Positions 41,661 to 55,979 of a DNA stretch of 64,000 nt are shown piece by piece. Numbering within the stretch: position 1 is the stretch's first letter; each line of letters opens with the position of its first letter. The position numbers and the translations under genes are program-made. The stretch is taken from contig OX597836.1 of the NCBI GenBank assembly GCA_951406725.2, forward strand, positions 23,932,001 to 23,996,000. The letters are read 5' to 3'. A model generated the notes under the pieces. The model saw nothing but the letters and a program-made list of their open reading frames with translations. It did no database searches and had not been told where the DNA came from. The DNA is from Octopus vulgaris (taxonomy: Eukaryota).

Positions 41661-42797
41661 TAGAATGAAGAAAATTTAATTTAACGGACTGACAAAGAGT
41701 GATTGACTGAGGGAGGGAGAGTGGGAGAGGGAGAGATGTGCAAAAATAAAGATGTCAAGCGTCTAATTAACATCACAATTGCAATCATGTCGATACCAGA
41801 CTACGTCAGAAAAAAATGAGAAAAATATGCGTGCCGTGTATTTCAAATCAGCTCATAGATACTCAAGAAAAATAACTGAACACTGATGGTGACATTGAAA
41901 AACAATAACAAAACCAGCAGTAAAAATTCGTTTGCTTCTATGATCAGCAGTGAAGAATACGTAAGAAATATAAACGCGATAGTAAGCGTCTAAAATTTAT
42001 GAAATTTCCATATATTAAGATACATAGCACCCAGATAAAGAATATTGTTTATAAGTGCATGAACAGAAAACAATGAAAACTACACCATGCCAATCGAGCA
42101 CAAATGGGAAAAAGAGCCTGTTGGAAATTAAGTCTATAGAAAGATACGTAACAAGACAGAATACTAGCAACATGTAACAGTGAAGCCAAAACCGTGACTG
42201 AGGCTACTACCATCAGTACATCTCAAGAGTTTATCATGACCCCAGTATACTTGCTAAGACGGATAGCGAAAATGCAATCAAAATGTTGTTTCACGGGAAC
42301 CAGAGCGGAATGATGGCCATTGTGGAGTCGCGCATGGAGTACAAAAATCTACACCTGGGGTTCCAAGTGTTGGTTGCAGCTGAGGTCTTCGTTGACATCT
42401 CGGGGCATTTTCAGTTCGAAGAGTGAGAGCAAATAGAAGTTTAGTGAAAGCGAAACTGCTTCATAAGTAACAGTTTTTCTATGTTTTGAGAGAGTACATT
42501 AAAAAATCGGTGCTGATAACACGGTAAAACTAACTGATTAAGTGGCAACAAAACAAAAAGTGAGAGGAATTGCCTTTCTTCGCACTCCTGCTCATGCATG
42601 TAAGATTCTTGCAGGGTTCTGTTTGGTTATAACAAGAAATGACTGACGAGATCGGCATTGATTATCTAGGTCGTTCAGTTTTTTTCAGTTGATCAATGGG
42701 CCAATAGAGTAAACCTATTAATAACGAACCTATAATGACGACTGGAAACAGCAATAAGCTGACAAAAAATGTAATGACTGTTATTTAAGTCTCGTCT

Positions 42798-42829
<32 letters not shown>

Positions 42830-43335
42830 TGTATGTATGTATGTATGTATGTATGTATGTATGTATGTATGTATGTGTGTGTGCGTGTGCGTGTGCGTGT
42901 GTGTGTGTGTGAGTGTGTGTGATTTATACTGCGTGGATACTACTACCCCACGTAGCCACGACAGACAGGAAGGTTGCGGCCGAAGCCGAAACTTTGAGTC
43001 TACGGAACACAGAGACAATATATATCACCTGATAAAACACAATAAGATGTCAAAATACAGGGAAACGGTTACAGAACTAAATAGCTGCGAACTTGGAGAG
43101 CTATGTTGCGTGGAAACAATTGTAGTGATTATAAATAAATGTTCCTCTGTCTGTACTCTTTCTTGTTGGCTTATTCAACTTATTCAATTACATATACGAA
43201 CCCAAAGATCCACACGTAAACATACATACATACATATATACACACACACTTTTATAAGTGCACACACATATATACATATGTATGTATGTATGTACGTATA
43301 TATGTAAATGTATATATGTAAATGTACATATATGC

Positions 43336-43395
<60 letters not shown>

Positions 43396-43434
43396 TTATG
43401 TATGTATGCATGTATGTATATATATATATATATA

Positions 43435-43508
<74 letters not shown>

Positions 43509-43616
43509 TATATAATTGATAATATCAAGGGTAGTAAGAAATATTAGAAATTTCTACTACCAGTGCCCTAGCGTGTAAAGATTTAGTCAATAGACTATAT
43601 ATTATTCATATAAATA

Positions 43617-43841
43617 CAGTGTACGTTTAAACACATAAGAGACATCCATCATAGGACTTCTTGCACGCTAGAAAGTACAGTTAAAATAAGTCTGAAACCA
43701 TGGTCCAGGAGTTACATGGTAAATGTTTTTATTTTTGATTCACTTCGAAGTTTTATCCCTAATAGTGGTTTGGAATTTAACTGTACTTTCTGGCGTGCAA
43801 GGAGTCCTATAATGGATGCCACTCATGTGTTTAAATGTACA

Positions 43842-43844
<3 letters not shown>
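43617..43844. repeat. MITE-like foldback with ~70-bp inverted arms
   Basis: TA|CAGTGTACGTTTAAACACAT...AGAAAGTACAGTTAAA and TTTAACTGTACTTTCT...ATGTGTTTAAATGTACACTG|TA. Confidence 0.75.
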
Positions 43845-43890
<46 letters not shown>

Positions 43891-44144
43891 AAATTTACAG
43901 TAAAACAAAAGACGAAGACAAGTGTATGAACACCAAACAGGTGTATTAGTTTGACACTCGGGAACGTGAGAAAGTCTTTACATTTAGAGCCTATGCTCTT
44001 CAATAGAAAGGAATAAGAGAAAATAAACAGAGGAAGAATAAAAATTCTTGCGGATTTAGCGATCAAGCAGGGTGATATTTATATGTATATGTGTGTGTTT
44101 GCGTGTGTGCGTGCGTGTATCTGTGTGAATACGTATGTTCCCTT

Positions 44145-44949
44145 TCTGAGGTAACTCAAATCCTAAGTGGCATTCTCCAAAGAACTGTGCTGGGGCCATT
44201 ACTGTTCATAATAGCCGCCTTAGACATGCCCACGGTCACTCGGGCAGCCGCTTTCACTAGCTATACCGATAACAGAAAATTATCACAGGAAATACAAAAA
44301 TCAAAATGACGTAAAAAGCTTACAGCGGACCTGAATTCAATATACAAGTGGGCGGAATTAAACAACATGCAGTTGAATGCTGGAAATTTTCAACCACTGC
44401 ACTATCAACTTACGAATGTACTACAACCTGCATATACAAGACCCGAAGGCACTGCAATTCCAGAGTCATAGACAGTGAAAAACTTGGTGATAAGTATGGG
44501 CAATGATGCATCATTTCATATGCACAGTACCAAGATGACAAGAAAGTGCAAACAATTGGCAGGATGGATACTAAAATCCTTTGAGGCAAGAGACCAAACA
44601 ACTATGTTGGCCCTTTGGATAACCTTTGATTTCAACCACCCTGATTAGTGCTCCCAGTTATTGTCACCACATAGTGCCAAACCAACAGCAAAACTTGAGG
44701 CAGTCGAACGCCACTACATTAAAAGATTGAAACAGTGCAGCAGATGAGCTACAGAGCGATGCTGGAAAAACTGCAATTTAACTACCTGGAGCGAAAGCAC
44801 GACAGATAAGTAATAATCTACGTATGGAAGACTCTAGAAGGGCTAGCACCTAATTTCGGCATTGAGTGTTCTACAAATGCCAGAACTGGCCGCCATTGCA
44901 TTGTACCAAAGGTACTATCCACTCCATCTAAATTTAAGACCAGGTACTG
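44145..44949 (+). mobile_element. CR1-clade LINE RT/C-terminal remnant, old
   Basis: SGILQRTVLGPLLFII...SYTDN; CATGCAGTTGAATGCTGGAAATTT and ACAAATGCCAGAACTGGCCGCCATTGCAT match the copy at 1-2400. Confidence 0.8.
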
Positions 44950-45420
44950 GGTGTGGCGAATGTCTAAATCACCTCGGTAATGTACTATCAACTCACCGCC
45001 CTATCTTGTTCTAAGAATAATCTGGCCAGGCTGTAGCGCATGCTTTTCCGTTTCTTATGGAAGGAAACGGTTCCATAAATCAGGAAATTCAGTGATCTCA
45101 TTCTATGATGGACTGCGAATATCGTCGCTGATGAGGTACAGGCTTGCAATGAGGCTGACAGTAATGCAGAACATATAGTAAAATGAATGCACCACCTTCT
45201 AAAGTCATAAGGGAGCGGAAGACAAAAGGATGTTTCATCTTCTGCACCCTTCTGGCTATGGTAATATAAATTGTGGGATGGACTCATCTAAAATGTTTGA
45301 AGGCAGGCATTATCGTCTCGGGACAAGCTTTTTGTTCATTTGTTCTTTTTGTTCATACGTTTTTCGTCATTTTTATTCTCCTCAATATGTCGGCTCTTGT
45401 AGCCAATAAAAAGTAATTAT
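44950..45420 (+). mobile_element. Tx1-clade LINE remnant with 3' end
   Basis: ANV*ITSVMYYQLTALSC...RMLFRFLWKETVP, ending GTAGCCAATAAAAAG like 8168-8181. Confidence 0.65.
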
Positions 45421-46502
45421 CATTATTATTGTTGGTTTTTTTGTTCTTATCTATCACCATTTCTTCTCGATTATCGAGGCGATTAGACGTGTCTTATCTT
45501 CGCTCCGAGAATTTTGCTTAGCATTACCAAACGAAAATTCTATCATTGCAGTACTTATCCAAAGGATTTTAGCGATCTATGCCCGTGCTCCTACTCAGTG
45601 AACGGAAGTAGACAAAATATTTCACTTTACAAACTTTATATTTACTTTCACATTGAGACGACATTGCAATTCTAAAGATCTACTAAGAGAATAACATGGT
45701 ACGCCATTCACAAAACTTTAATCATACAACAGCACACATAACGAAGAAACAAAACAGTACAGAAACAAATCAATCATATATTGAGCAATTACAAAAATAT
45801 GATGAATATTTAAATGAATATATAATAGATAAAGTAATTATTTTGAACAGTTTAAGAGAAAATTTGAACGATAGTGGTTACAAAAACAAAACTCACACAC
45901 AGATAAATATGCTAGACTTTACAAATTACGGTAGTGGTGAATTACTCTTTTTCGCCTATCAATAACAGGAGATTTTTTATAAAACCAGACAGTCTCTTTG
46001 TGCCAAAATCCAAGTGAAGAGAGAGCAAACAGAAAATAATGTTTGTGCTTTAAAAATGAAGGTGCGTGTTTCTACATCCCATCGGCGGAGGAACAAAAAG
46101 AATCATGTGAAATATCGGGAGACACTACCTCGATTAAGATCCGCAAGGCTTATAATACTCTCTACTCCATTTTGAAGGCAAAAGACTCAGCTATAACATA
46201 CATATACCTCCGCCATACAAATACTGTAAATGGAGCAGAGTAAAGCATGGATGATGATCAGTAACTCTAGAAGCAATATGGATTTATGGCTGATTGTTAT
46301 TTTTATGCTAAAGTAACGGTAACTGTTTAACCTCACACAGATGAGAAGTAACTTGTAGTCAGGAGGTATGAATAAAGGTTTGCAAATCCTAATGAACCCC
46401 GAACTCTTCAAGGCTATAACAAAGACGTGCTCAGCTGAAGATACCGAGTCAAAGGGCATGAGATTAGTTGTTATACATATGATAGTAACTAAATGAGAAT
46501 CA

Positions 46503-46883
46503 TCTCTCTCTATATAAACGGCAGTTTGTCTGTGCGTGTTTCTGTGTGTCTGTTTGCTTGTATCCTCACCCTGACCACGGCTTTCAACCGATTCTGATGA
46601 AACTTGACACACACATAGCCCAATGTCATAATTCAAAACTAACGCAGCGGAAATTTTGAAAAGTTCCCCCAGTTCTGAAAAAAATCGATAAATTCGACAT
46701 GGGGTCGAGAATCAGAAACACAAACCGCAAACTGTCTAGGGGACGCAACTCCACCTTTTTTAACTAAAAAAAATTTACCATAATTTTTTTCCATTTTTTT
46801 GCTATTTTTTGGCTATAACTCTCTAAAAATGCTTTATAGTTATTTCCCTTACAAACCTGAGCAACGCCGGGCGATACTGCTAG
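46503..46883 (+). mobile_element. Short non-autonomous Helitron
   Basis: A|TCTCTCTCTATATAAA...CTGTGTGTCTG...ACGGCTTTCAACCGATT...CCTGAGCAACGCCGGGCGATACTGCTAG|T. Confidence 0.75.
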
Positions 46884-47909
46884 TTTGCTCTAAAGAACAA
46901 GAGACGTTAAGAAAAAAGAAGATAGAATGTCACAGAAGATCAGCTGATGTAGCAAAAAGATCAGCAGTTTCCAGTTTCACACCAACATCAATCACAACTC
47001 CAAAATTGTCAGTCTTGAAACAAGCAGGCAGATACTAACTCGCCAACTATAGCAATCATCAACATTACCCCACCATTTTGTGACAACAAGGATGAGATGA
47101 CAGCCAAGTCTATCGGTGAGAGTGGGGAGGGAAACAAAAGGCAAAAGGCTTTCTCACAGGAAGTAAATAGAAAATATAAGAATTTCCCAATCAAGGACAA
47201 AGTCATCGGTTATGTAGTCGTGCGAAACAGTAGCTACAGCTGATGGCCACATATTTCCAGGCGAGTTAGACTTTCTATGGGGATTTACAAAAGAAGAGAT
47301 ATACAAACATACACGAGACCGATTATTGAGAAGTTTTCCTGTTTACTTTCAACATTTAAAACAAAGTATATTCGAGAATATTGGGATTAAAAAAAAAATA
47401 TGATGCTGGTACTTTTGACTTCATGTAATGTAGTTAAAAGAGTTGGGGCAAAGCAAAGCTGTTGAGTACTCAACTTGAAACATGCTAGTGGTTTCCCACT
47501 TAGCTGCGGGCGGGTAAAACCAAACGCTTTTTTGTTTAAATTGGTATCATTAAAATTTGTTTAATTATTGTTTTATATACTTACGCTAATTTCGTATTTT
47601 ATTAAATTTATAACCCGTTTATTGTAGAACGTCTTCACTCCTTCTCACGTCTTTACATAACTTTGTTTCTTCAGACTCGTGTATCCCTTCCCGATACGAA
47701 TTCTAACAAGCTTCAGTGGCTTGAAAATTGAATTTTTGCATCGAATTTCCTACTGGAAATTTCTATTTCGAAATCTACATCGTACCTATGTATGAGAAAA
47801 AGGCACCAACTTCGAAAGAATAATTTCACCCAAGTGTGCTAGATATGAGCTATTCAGCTAAAAGCACAAAAGTGTGCCAACACACCACCCATCTTATGCC
47901 CATAAGATG

Positions 47910-48393
47910 GATGGTAAAGTCGACCCCGACGGAATTTGAACTCAGGACGTAGCGACGGGCGAAGTACAGCTAAGCATTCCGTCCAGCGTGCTAACGATTC
48001 TGCCAGTTCGCTATCTTTAAATAAAATAATAATAATTACTACTATTACTACTCTAGGCACAAGGCTTTGAAAATTTTAGGGGGAAGTGGGCTACTCGATT
48101 ACATCAGCCCCAGTGAGTAACTGGTACTTATTTCATCGACCTCGAAGTTGACCTCGGTGGAATTTGAACTCAGAACATAGCGGCAGACTAAATACTGCTG
48201 AGCATTTCGCTCGACGTGCTAACGATTCTGCCACCTCGCTGCCTTAATAATAGTAATTCTTTCTCTTACAGGCGCAAGGCCTGAAATTTGGAGGAGGGGA
48301 ATAGTCGATTACATCGACCCCAGTGTTCAACTAGTAATTACTTCTTAGACCTCGAGAGGGATGAAAGGCAAATTCAACCTCTGAACTCAGAAC

Positions 48394-48455
<62 letters not shown>

Positions 48456-48585
48456 TTTTGCCAGAATGTAGCTTGGGGGAGGTGGGGATGAGTCAATTAC
48501 ATCTACCTCAGTGTACAAGTGGTACTTCATTTATCGACCCCGAAAGGATGACGGTCGAACTCGGTGAAATTTGAACCCAGAATAA
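47910..48585 (-). mobile_element. Tandem cluster of SINE family A copies separated by (AAT)n
   Basis: At least four partial copies carrying GGAATTTGAACTCAG and/or TTACATCGACCCCAGTG-like motifs; similar copies at about 49230-49385, 50372-50550 and 52540-52722. Confidence 0.8.
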
Positions 48586-48599
48586 TAATAATGATGATT

Positions 48600-49150
48600 T
48601 TTTTAAAAAAGAAGGCTTAACAGGACAAATACAATTTGGGGTTACATGAAAGACTTGTAAACAATCAAAAACAATAACATTAATCAAATATATCAACAAA
48701 ATTCCCCAAAAGAGGGAAACCTAGAACTGTTCGTGTAAACTCCACAAGTCCACAACAGTCCTGACCACTAGGGTAAGTGCCCTTTCCGCCTTCTCTATTT
48801 GCAAATACTTAGAGTAGGCCCATTTATTCGGACCATTCTTGCGACATTCGCCCACCTTTTAACAAAATTGATGGGTGGGTGTGGGTGGCAGAACTTCCCT
48901 CTCCACCCTAACTTTCTTTTTCAAGTGAAATTTGAAAAAGTTGATGAGGGCTTGGACAAAGAGGAAAGTATCTATCTACAGCCCTTTCAACCTGGTCTAC
49001 CACACAAGCTGTTTCGCTAAGGCCCCCAGTCAAAGCAAAACAGCCTGCCCTTCCCGGCCATAGCAGGGCGGCGGGATAATCCTCACAATGGACTCAACCG
49101 ATATCCGGATTCGTCCTACACGCAACAACAGCTGTTCAACATAAACTCAT
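48600..49150 (-). mobile_element. Tx1-clade LINE 3' end
   Basis: Minus strand ...ALINFFKFHLKKKVRVE...FVKRWANVARMVRINGPTLSICK*, homologous to 7750-7860 and 59115-59260. Confidence 0.75.
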
Positions 49151-49187
49151 ATGCCAGAAATAATAACTATCATTTCATTAAGTATTC

Positions 49188-49232
<45 letters not shown>

Positions 49233-49423
49233 CCTTTCTACTGGAAGCACAAGGCCTGAAATTTTGGGGAAGAGAATAAGTCGGTTACATCGGCTCCAGT
49301 GCGTAACTGGTATTAATTTTATTGAACCTGAAAGGATAAAAGGCATAGTTAACCTCGACGGAATTTGAACTCAGAACGTGAAGCATTTATATAATCGCTA
49401 AGCATTTATATATATATATAAGT

Positions 49424-49469
<46 letters not shown>

Positions 49470-50859
49470 GCATATATACATACGTATACGTACATATTTA
49501 CGTGTATACATATATACATATGCATATGTGGGCACAGGACGTTACAAAATATAAACAACAAAACAAAAACGAAGTACAAGGACATAGAAGAAGGGCTTTT
49601 TTTGCAAGCAACGAAAGAAACAAATGGAAAACAAGACAAGCAACGCAGTTAGTGGCTGTTTTTCTAATCCGTATTTTGAGCAATTCACGACAAGCTACAC
49701 CTTTGATAAACACAGTTGCTCCCGCAAAGCAAATTAAATAAAATTTACGATCTTGCGGAGGTTCAAGATTGGTGACAAAAACAGGACAGTGAAAACAAAC
49801 AGGAAGGGCTACTAAGCCGTTTCCAAATTTTTCGACCAGTTGCAATACTGTTAATTCCCCTATCTGATCCTTTAATTCTCTATTTTTCTCCGATAGTTTT
49901 CTCATACGGCAACACACTTTCCCAACTTCGTTCGTGGTCGACTACTTATACAGTCGCACTGTGAAGCACGCATTGTCTTTTTCACTCCCTCTCTCTTTCT
50001 TTCATTTATTATTATTTTTTCAATTTTTTTGTACCTCACTTATTTTTCTTTACTACATCTTCCCCCGTGCGTAATTTATTCGGGCACATGACATTCACCT
50101 CTGTAGCACTACCATGACTGAAGTCTTGAAATCGAATAACGTCAAGATGATTAAATTCTGGTCAACTTCTACAAAGTCGGACCATCGGCGACGAAACCGG
50201 CAACCCTAACCCCTTCAGGAAGATATTTCTTCTTGCTATTTGACCACTCTGCAGGTGAAAAGTTCTAAGGGTGAATGAACTCTGAAAAGTCAGCAGCCTT
50301 CCAAATAGTATTTCTTCATAAGTATATACTACCAATAAAGCCAATACTGCTTAGAACAGTCGTAATAATAATAATTTCAAATTTTGGCACGAGGCCAGCA
50401 AATTTAGGGGAGGGGTAAGTCAATTACATCGAACCCCAGTATTCAACTGGATTAAAGACAAAGAGGACCCCGGCGGAATTTGAACTTAAAACGTACAGAC
50501 GGATGAAATGCCGCTTTGCATGTTGCCGGGCATGTTAAGCTCACCATCTTAATAACAGTAATGACAATAATGAATACCCCTAGAACAAAAATGACGGAAA
50601 ACATCTTCACTGGGCTTAATCTACTACAAGGGAATAGAATCCATTTATCCTTGGCTGGAAATTTCCCACAGATGGCGCCTCAATAAAAACACTGCTGGTT
50701 TTGACACTTTGTCACCACAGTCCTCTTATGAGTGTAATGCCAAATAAAAATTATCACAACTGCGTTCATGAGACCCGAACCCTGAGCAAAGGTCTTTAGC
50801 AGGGCAAGTCTTCTATTGCACAGCAAGGTGGGCTTAGTCGCTATTCAAATACTGCTAAA

Positions 50860-52385
50860 GAGATTAGAAGTTGGATTCAAAACGGCAACAGAAGCTGTAA
50901 TGAAATGCTATTACAGAAGCTACCCTACCAAAATAGGGCAGAAGAAAAGAATACATAAAACATAGACAGAGAAGGACATGCTCCCTATTAAGGAGCAAAT
51001 ATTTTTTTACCTTTAAAAATCTAACCGGGAAAAGGCAGTGGCTATCCAAGCTGGAGCTGGAGAAGACTGCTACAATAATGAAAGAGTGTAAACGTGACTA
51101 CTCTAGACACAATATACAAGATGTAGAATAACAATAAAGATTAGTAGAGGAAACAGTAAATCCCCACAAATGGAAAAGCTGCTCGGACAAAGGCAAATTT
51201 TAGTTTGTGAGGGAGAGATTATTACAGCAGAAGAAAAAATCTTGCTACAACGCCTGAATGAGGCATGAAATAGCAAAAGAAGGAAGCCGCCAGGTGTGGG
51301 AGGAATATAAATAGGAAAAACGAAGTAGTGAAAGATATGAACTGATAACGAAAATCTACAATGAGAATATAACAGATATAAACGATCTATATATTGCACA
51401 GCTTCTGTCGCTCTGAAAACTCTTTGGGTTAGAAGCCAAAGGAAAACAGAGGACAATGTCACATACTGCAAACAACTATTTGAAAATCAAGTTGAACATC
51501 CCTAAATAGAACTTGGACGGATACATCCAATCATAGAAAAGATGAGGGTGAAGGAACGAACTATAAAGAAAATACAACATATAGGCGCAGGAGTGGCTGT
51601 GTGGTAAGTAGCTTGCTTACCAACCACATTGTTCCGGGTTCAGTCCCACTGCGTGGAACCTTGGGCAAGTGTCTTCTACTATAGCGTCGGGCCAACCAAA
51701 GCCTTGTGAGTAGATTTGGTAGACGGAAACTGAAAGAAGCCCATCGTATATATGTATATATGTGTGTGTTTGTGTGTCTGTGTTTGTCTCCCCAACATCG
51801 CTTGACAACCGATGCTGGTGTGTTTACGTCCCCGTAACTTAGCTGTTCGGCAAAAGAGACCGATAGAATAAGTACTAGGCTTACAAAGAATATGTCCTGG
51901 GGTCGATTTTCTCGACTAAAGACGGTGCTCCAGCATGGCCGCGATCAAATACCTGAAACAAGTAAAAGAGTAAAAGAATAAAAGAGATAAGAGACAAATG
52001 ACTGCCCTAGTTAAAAAACTAAGACAAAAAGTGTCGAGTAAAAAAAGCAAAGAAAGATACCAACAGAGAGAATAGACTCTTCAAGAACAACGAAAGAAAA
52101 TCCTATAAACCACTAAACAACGAAGAGGAGCACCAGAGGAATGATACGCCAGATGCTGGGCAGAAAGAAAATTCTGAGCAGAAATCTGAATGTGAAAGCA
52201 AACTGGGTGCGGGAATTTGAGAGAAATGGAAGATGGAGTGACACAAATGTAACATCTACAGATAAGAAAATAGGAAAAGTGATCAAGAAAATAAAAAAAA
52301 CTGGGAAACCTCCGGACCAGATGAAGTCTGGGGTTTCTGGCTCCTAAACCTCTATAATATAGACAGCTATACACGACCGTTCTTC
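50860..52385 (+). mobile_element. R4/Dong-clade LINE N-terminal remnant, split by a SINE
   Basis: AVMKCYYRSYPTK, WLSKLELE, LYYIAQL and NWETSGPDEVWGFW-like segments; purine-rich decayed ORF. Confidence 0.6.
51583..51985 (+). mobile_element. SINE family B, full length
   Basis: Same head, body and CR1-like tail as 39824-40283. Confidence 0.88.
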
Positions 52386-52489
52386 ACTGATGACAAAAGA
52401 AAGAAGTGAGCGTAGTCATGATGGGTATATTGGGTCTTGTATATTTGTACCCCAGTGTCACTTTGATAGCATGCGCCACTCTCTCATTC

Positions 52490-52541
<52 letters not shown>

Positions 52542-52734
52542 TTTTTAAAATTTGGTACAGAACTTGCAATTTCGATCCTAGTGCTCAACAAGTACTTATT
52601 TTATCGATCCTGTAGAATGAAAGGTAAAGCCAACCTCGGCAAAATTTGAATTCAGAATTTAAAGACGGGAAAATACTGCTAAACATTTTGTTCGGTATCC
52701 TAACAATTCTGCCAGCTCACTGTTTTAATAACAT

Positions 52735-55520
52735 GAATGCGCGTCTTTCTCGGCGAGTCAAGCATTCAGAGAGCAGATTAGCAAGATAGTCCATTGGAAG
52801 TTGTCGGGTGCAATCGTCAACAACCGATGGTGGATAGCCTTTAAAAGGGATATTAGAGTAGAGAGTATAGGGTTTAGTAAAGAAGTAGTGTTAGAGGAAT
52901 CCAATATAGAGGAAGTGCTTAGAAGACGCATAGCGACCGACATGCTGGCGGCAAGCTTGATTCTTTATCAATACTTCAATACCAAGCACAAAGTTTCGTT
53001 TGTTAGAGCTAGGGTGCTTGCTCTAAGACACAAGTGGATGAAAACCGTTAGATGGGCCCGCTTGGCAGAGGTGCAAATGTGGCCAAAACGTCATAATTCG
53101 GTCTTTTACAGGCTGGAACGGGCACATGCTACTCGAGTCCAAGCAGATGTTTGCGGAGTGCGCAATGAGTCGGGAATAGATTTCACCTCCTATCTTAACG
53201 GCATTCCGTGTCTTTTGGGCAGGAAAGCAGAATTCTAAGAATTGTTAAAAAACAGCCGAAGGCGTACGAAGAGCCATGACTATCTGAACAAGGAAGAAAT
53301 CTCCGGGGCTGAATGGTATACCCTTCGAGAATTATTTTCATGTCAGATTTCTTTGTTGATTTCTTACCGTAACAGGCAACAGAACAGCAAAAATTCTATT
53401 ACTGTCAGTCGTGGCGTGCTGGTGCTGCTGAGAAAGGTCCCGAACAAGGGGTACTTAATAGACAATTTTATGCCTGTAAGGTGTTATCCAATAGGTTGGT
53501 GCTTGTCGTCAACAAGCTGGTTGAGGACGCACAGACATGCGCGCGTATTACATCATAGAGAGGATGGGTGAGAACCCGGGATGGGCGGGCCCGGGTTAAT
53601 TTGGAGCTATCAAAAGGTTTTGATTGGGTCGACCACCAATACGGGGAGGCTATTCTCGTGGTGGCCGGTTTCAGGTCTCATTTTAAGAGTCTGGATCCTT
53701 GCAATGCACAGTGACATCTGTTTGGTGGTCAAAGTAAATTGCCACCTCTCGGAATTCTTTAGCATCACACAATCGGTCCATCTTGAGTCTTCGCAATGGA
53801 AACTGAATGTGAACTAGGAAGCGGAGGGTTCGTATCAGCTTATGCAGGCATCGTCGCCGTAGTAGAGTCGGACATATCGGAAATCGTGGTGATCGACACT
53901 GCTCTGAAGGAGTATGAAACGGTGACAAGAGAAGTCGATGAACCTGCAGCTAGGTACCTAGAGAGGCATGTCCATGTCGTCTGACAGTTTCGTAGGACAC
54001 TGGAAACAAATACCTGTTAAGCTGCTCGGTGTGTGGTTGGGACCTGGCCTCCAGGCGGACTAGAACTGACGAGAGGTGACGGGTAGCTTGGGCAGTCTAA
54101 CCAGAAATGGTCAGAGAGGAAGCTGAAGGGCAGGGTGGAAGTGGCGAATGCGTACATCGCTTCTGTCCACTACTACAGCCTGAACGTCATCCCTTGCCCT
54201 GCTTCGTGGCTGATCAAGCTGCAGTGCTTGCTCTTCTGATTTCTGTGGAAGGGGCGTGTTTCTCTCACAAAACGGACCATCTGCTGTTAGCAGCCCCTGA
54301 GTGGAGGACTGGCCATGCTGTGGCCAATGATGCACAGGCATGCACTGGTACTAAGACATCTCCAGGGTTTGCTTGATGGTGAACAGGTGTCGCCGCCGCT
54401 TGTCAGAAAGGATTTTCTGCAGCTCGTCTAATTAATTGAGCTACAGTCCTGAATCAAGCGTAGACCGAGAAAAGTCGTTTGGATCAAGGAGTATCTGCAA
54501 GTGCTCACAGCTCCCGGCCAATCAGGTAATGCGGTCTATGAAAGTTCTACATTGGCGTTTCCCAGAGGACTTTCGAGCCGGGCTAATTGGATAATTTACA
54601 GAAATCCTTGGCCTGGCAGTGTTCCCGGGTTCGAAACATGCTCTGTAGGCACGGAAGTGTTGCTGTCGGATGGAATTTTCCGACATTTGCGCAGGGCGAC
54701 GAAACGTTCTGCATACACTCTTATGCTTTTAGTCTAGTTGCTGTCTACGCGGGAAAGGTAGTCGGGTTTCTTCAGACGTGTGAAGGGTTTCCTTCGGACG
54801 TCTCACTCTTGCTAGTAATGGGTGGTCAGCACGCCATCTTGGATGTACACTTGGACTGTGTAGGATTAGCCAGTTGAAGAGGATGTATAAAAGCATCACA
54901 AACCTGCTGAGTCGCTTCCAAATGCGTGAATGTGGACATGGGCAAACAACATCGAGTTATCCAGATCGTATCTTGATAGAGTATTCTGTAAGCCAGTAGA
55001 TATAAATAGCATAAGTTGTCCACAATTCGGTGTCGTCAGTTACACAGCCCACAAATCTGTAATCTACGCGGTCGACCAAAATAGGATCCATAGGCAGAGT
55101 CTCTGATACTGAAAGTTTAACGCGGCTATCCTGGCGAGTCAAGCTTTCAGAGACCGGATTAGTAAGTCTTTCCAGCAGAGGTCTTCGGGTCCACTCGAGT
55201 CCAAGCAGATATGTGCAGAATTTCAGAGGCACTTTGCTGACCTGTATGATAATAGCAGTGAATCGGAGACGGAATGGATTTTACCTTCTACCTCGGTAAA
55301 GTTCTGAGAAGTGCTAATAACAGACGAAAAGATACGTAACGCGATGACAAGCTGCTCAACAGAGAAGTCTCGGGGTTTCGATGTTCTGCTCTTCAAGCTT
55401 TATCTTCATAAGCCAGACTTATTCGTGATCTCTTGTCAGATGTCTACCGCAACTGGCAGTGGAACAGAATTCCCAACCCCATGAGCCGAGGTGTATCAGT
55501 GCTGCCGAGGTGTGTCATAA
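52735..55520 (+). mobile_element. Tx1-clade LINE remnants (RT region plus a separate endonuclease fragment)
   Basis: NNRWWIAFKRDIR, RGVLVLLRKVPNKG...DNFMP, FVSAYAGIV, ANAYIASVHYY...FLWKG; 54810-55000 reads AILDVHLDCVG...SRSYLDRVFC. Confidence 0.75.
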
Positions 55521-55685
55521 CTCTGCTACACCCTCATTATTCTTTCATTATTGAATAACATTGTTTTCTGATAATTTTATACACTCAAATATTATGTCCC
55601 CCCCGCCAGCCATGTTACAGCTGAAGACTTCCCTCCACTTCCCTCTTTTACAGGAGAAGGGGAAGAGAAAACGCAATGCCAACCT

Positions 55686-55960
55686 CGCAGCAGCAACCGC
55701 GAATGCTATAGCAGTAGTAGCAGTGGTAGCAGTGATAGTATTAGCAGCAGTAGTTACAGTAGCAGCCGCAGTAGTAATGGTAGCGGCAACACCACCAGCA
55801 ACAGCAGCAGCAGCTGCGGAAATGACAGTGGTAGCAGAGAGAGTATTTTGGAAGAAAGTAGCGGTAATAGTAGCGGTGAGAGTAGCAACAGTGGAAGAGG
55901 CCAGAGCTCCACCACCACCACAAACAACAACAACAACAACAAAAACGACAACAACAAAAC
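55686..55960. repeat. Degenerate trinucleotide tract (GCA/GTA/CAA)
   Basis: Directly visible low-complexity triplet repeats. Confidence 0.85.
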
Positions 55961-55979
55961 CAAAAGGTTTGTTGACGTA

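Noticed and set aside
45696-46243. Short ORFs in AT-rich DNA
   Set aside because: No recognisable domain or exon boundaries.
47910-48585. Repeat-spacer appearance suggesting a CRISPR array
   Set aside because: Units are irregular SINE fragments in eukaryotic DNA, with no cas genes.
49520-49960. Possible Penelope-related repeat
   Set aside because: No second copy, ORF motif or intact ribozyme core in the window.
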